Shown here: positions 61,851 to 64,000 of the stretch, in pieces
Layout of the letters: every line of letters begins with the position of its first letter
Position numbering within the stretch: the stretch's first letter is position 1
Assembly: GCA_050575255.1 (NCBI GenBank)
Contig: JBNZDD010013718.1
Coordinates: 5,678,334-5,742,333, forward strand
Direction: 5' to 3'
Length of the DNA: 64,000 nucleotides
Origin: Harriotta raleighana
Lineage: Eukaryota
Program-made: the position numbers and the translations under genes
The notes under the pieces: model-generated
The model's database searches: none
What the model was told of the DNA's origin: nothing
Seen by the model: the letters and a program-made list of their open reading frames with translations, nothing else

Positions 61851-64000
61851 TAGAACAGTGAGAAATGTTTAATCAAAATACTGATCACATCACGCGCATA
61901 AATCCTAGGAAAGCCAATGTTGCCAACTGTATTAAAGATAAATAGAAAATTGAATTTCTAAGATTTTGTTTATATGTGATTTTAAAAAAGTTATGGCAAG
62001 ATGGTCTGAATAGTGGCATTCTCCATGGTAACAATATCACAAGCTCTGCTTCAGTGAGGCAATGGTGATACTCTTTCTGCACGTGGGACAGCGTTGCCTA
62101 CATCAACAACAACAACAAAATTACATTTGTATCAGTAGGTGCCTAAATCACCTCTCCTGGTGATAAAATGGACACATTCAGAGCACGTACAGCATCAATC
62201 CAGCAAGCAAACAATTACACAAAGGCGTGTACATGGGAAAAGTACCATTTACAACACATCAACATGCCACCAGTAAAAACATACAAGAGACTCTGCATAT
62301 CTTTAAAAGAATCTTATGGCACAAAAGGAGGCCATTTGGCCCATCGAGTCTGTGCCAGCTCTTTAAAAAGAGCAATTTAATCCCACTCCCCAGCTCTCTC
62401 CCCATAACCGCGCAAACCCGTCCTCCCCAAATACTTCAGTTGCAATGGCTACAAGTTTCTCAGTGCAAACAAGTTATACTAAAAGGCAGTGATTGGGAGG
62501 CAATGAGATCTATGATATTCTCCAGCTTTCGCATTTACAGTACAGTCCCTTGCACGCTCAGAACATTTGTTTGGGTGCCTTATCACATTGGAGACATCTC
62601 AAAGTGCTTTACAGTATATACTGTAAAGTGATGAGTCTAGTGTGCTGTGGGCAAACGCACCCATTGTTAATCAGTCTAGAGATTTGTGGTGCATAAAGTC
62701 AGATGCTAGTTTCTATGGAACATTGTTTTGGGACAGGAAGAGAATAAACAAAGCTCATCATAATTAGCAGAATCAAAGCAACCATAGAATCCGGACCTGC
62801 AGTTGCTTAATTGGAAAGTCCTCCCTCTCAGGGATAGAAGACTGTGCCAAGGTTGGTATTTTTCTTTTGATTAAACTCTTCATTGCTTCACTTTTTTTTT
62901 AATAATATGGCAGATAAACATGTGAAATGCTTGGGGATTACAGCAGAACATTCCAAAACAGATCAAAATTGCAATAAAGAAAAACAATTTAAATACTCAT
63001 AAAGGCGGATTACATTTTGTATGAATGAAATTCCTGAATTAACATAATCCATCAATATGAACCTCATGAATTTACAATAAAAAGAAACAGTGAGGCTATA
63101 CAATACAAAAGTACTAACTGCATGACTGGTTTGGACATAAAAGGAGGTCTTTTTGAATGTCTAACCTTTGGCAACTCACTTTTATTTGCCACAGTACTGG
63201 AATTTCCCCCTGGTAATGAACATGATGAAAAAGATCCAGATTAATTCAGCCCCTTGGAGCAACACTGTGCTGTTTGGATGCATCTCAGCAATGTTTCCCA
63301 ATCCACAACAAAAAAATTATATTTGTAGCGTGCCTTTCACGTCGAGAGGACATTCCAAGGTGCTGATGTCCTCATTAATTCCTTCTTTGGTTAATTACTG
63401 ACTTTGTTAGCACCTGCAATTTCCAGTCTTGATCATCAACCAGTAAAGACATTTGGCAACGTACACTTGTGGAATATGAGGCACCCATTTGGCCTATACT
63501 GTATTTTCCCAACAACCTAAAGTAGTAACCAAAACTCATTTCTACACAATAGGTTTTGGAGAAACATTCCACACAAAAGACTCACAAGACCAATATATTA
63601 CAGCGTCTGAGAGATTATTAAAGATTGGCAATATACTGCTCACACAGTTCGACTCTCAAACCAGACAGTTAGGCATTATTTTAAAGTTATTCACATAACT
63701 GCATTTCTGGGAAAAATACTTATGTCAATTGGCAATTGACTTTAAAATTTAAGTCACTGAAGTCTGGCTAGAATAGAACAGAAGGAGCCAAGGCCTGAGC
63801 TAGCCATCCACCGCTGGGGTTGATATTTTCTTACTAAAGCAGAGCACTGTAATGGAGTGTGCTTACAGTAGCACAATGACTCTTTAAAACGTGAATGACA
63901 TCATTCCTGTTCTGGCACTCGCATTTGCTTAGCCAAGTGTAAATCCTGGCTAACTGCATTACATCATGCATGGACTCTGTTCCTCTACTGCTCTCAAGAG

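Noticed and set aside
63375-63572. Minus ORF containing FGYYF, a word in the penultimate exon of ceramide synthases
   Set aside because: The flanking residues lack the expected LxxLHxxWxxLI context and no fitting splice sites were found. It is probably coincidence, and the real exon likely lies beyond the window.

Overview
Vertebrate genomic DNA, AT-rich and repeat-dense. The mix of L2 LINEs, shark-type CR1 LINEs and tRNA-derived SINEs points to a cartilaginous fish, possibly Callorhinchus milii (inference, not verified). Two protein-coding genes lie in tandem on the minus strand. (1) ADAMTS17: I traced coding exons 1-8 by hand (45793 down to 1527; 73/434/160/173/84/158/44/106 bp, all GT-AG and phase-consistent). 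They encode the signal peptide, prodomain and metalloprotease domain up to the HELGH zinc motif, and the gene continues off the left edge. (2) The last coding exon and probable 3' UTR of a ceramide synthase, most likely CERS3 (59867-59739, DxRSDxE motif), whose upstream exons lie beyond the right edge. Exons 7 and 8 of ADAMTS17 and the CERS3 exon are absent from the ORF track, and almost all listed ORFs are noise. The rest is intronic or intergenic: many SINEs, L2 and CR1 fragments, a Tigger-like MITE, microsatellites, and several N-flanked duplications that are probably assembly artefacts. I found no convincing new multi-gene system. The best leads are regulatory hypotheses: a uORF overlapping the ADAMTS17 start whose frame is set by a CA microsatellite, a CR1 tail occupying the exon 6 branch-point zone, inverted SINEs around the 44-nt exon 7, and L2 copies nested in the tail of their partner SINE.
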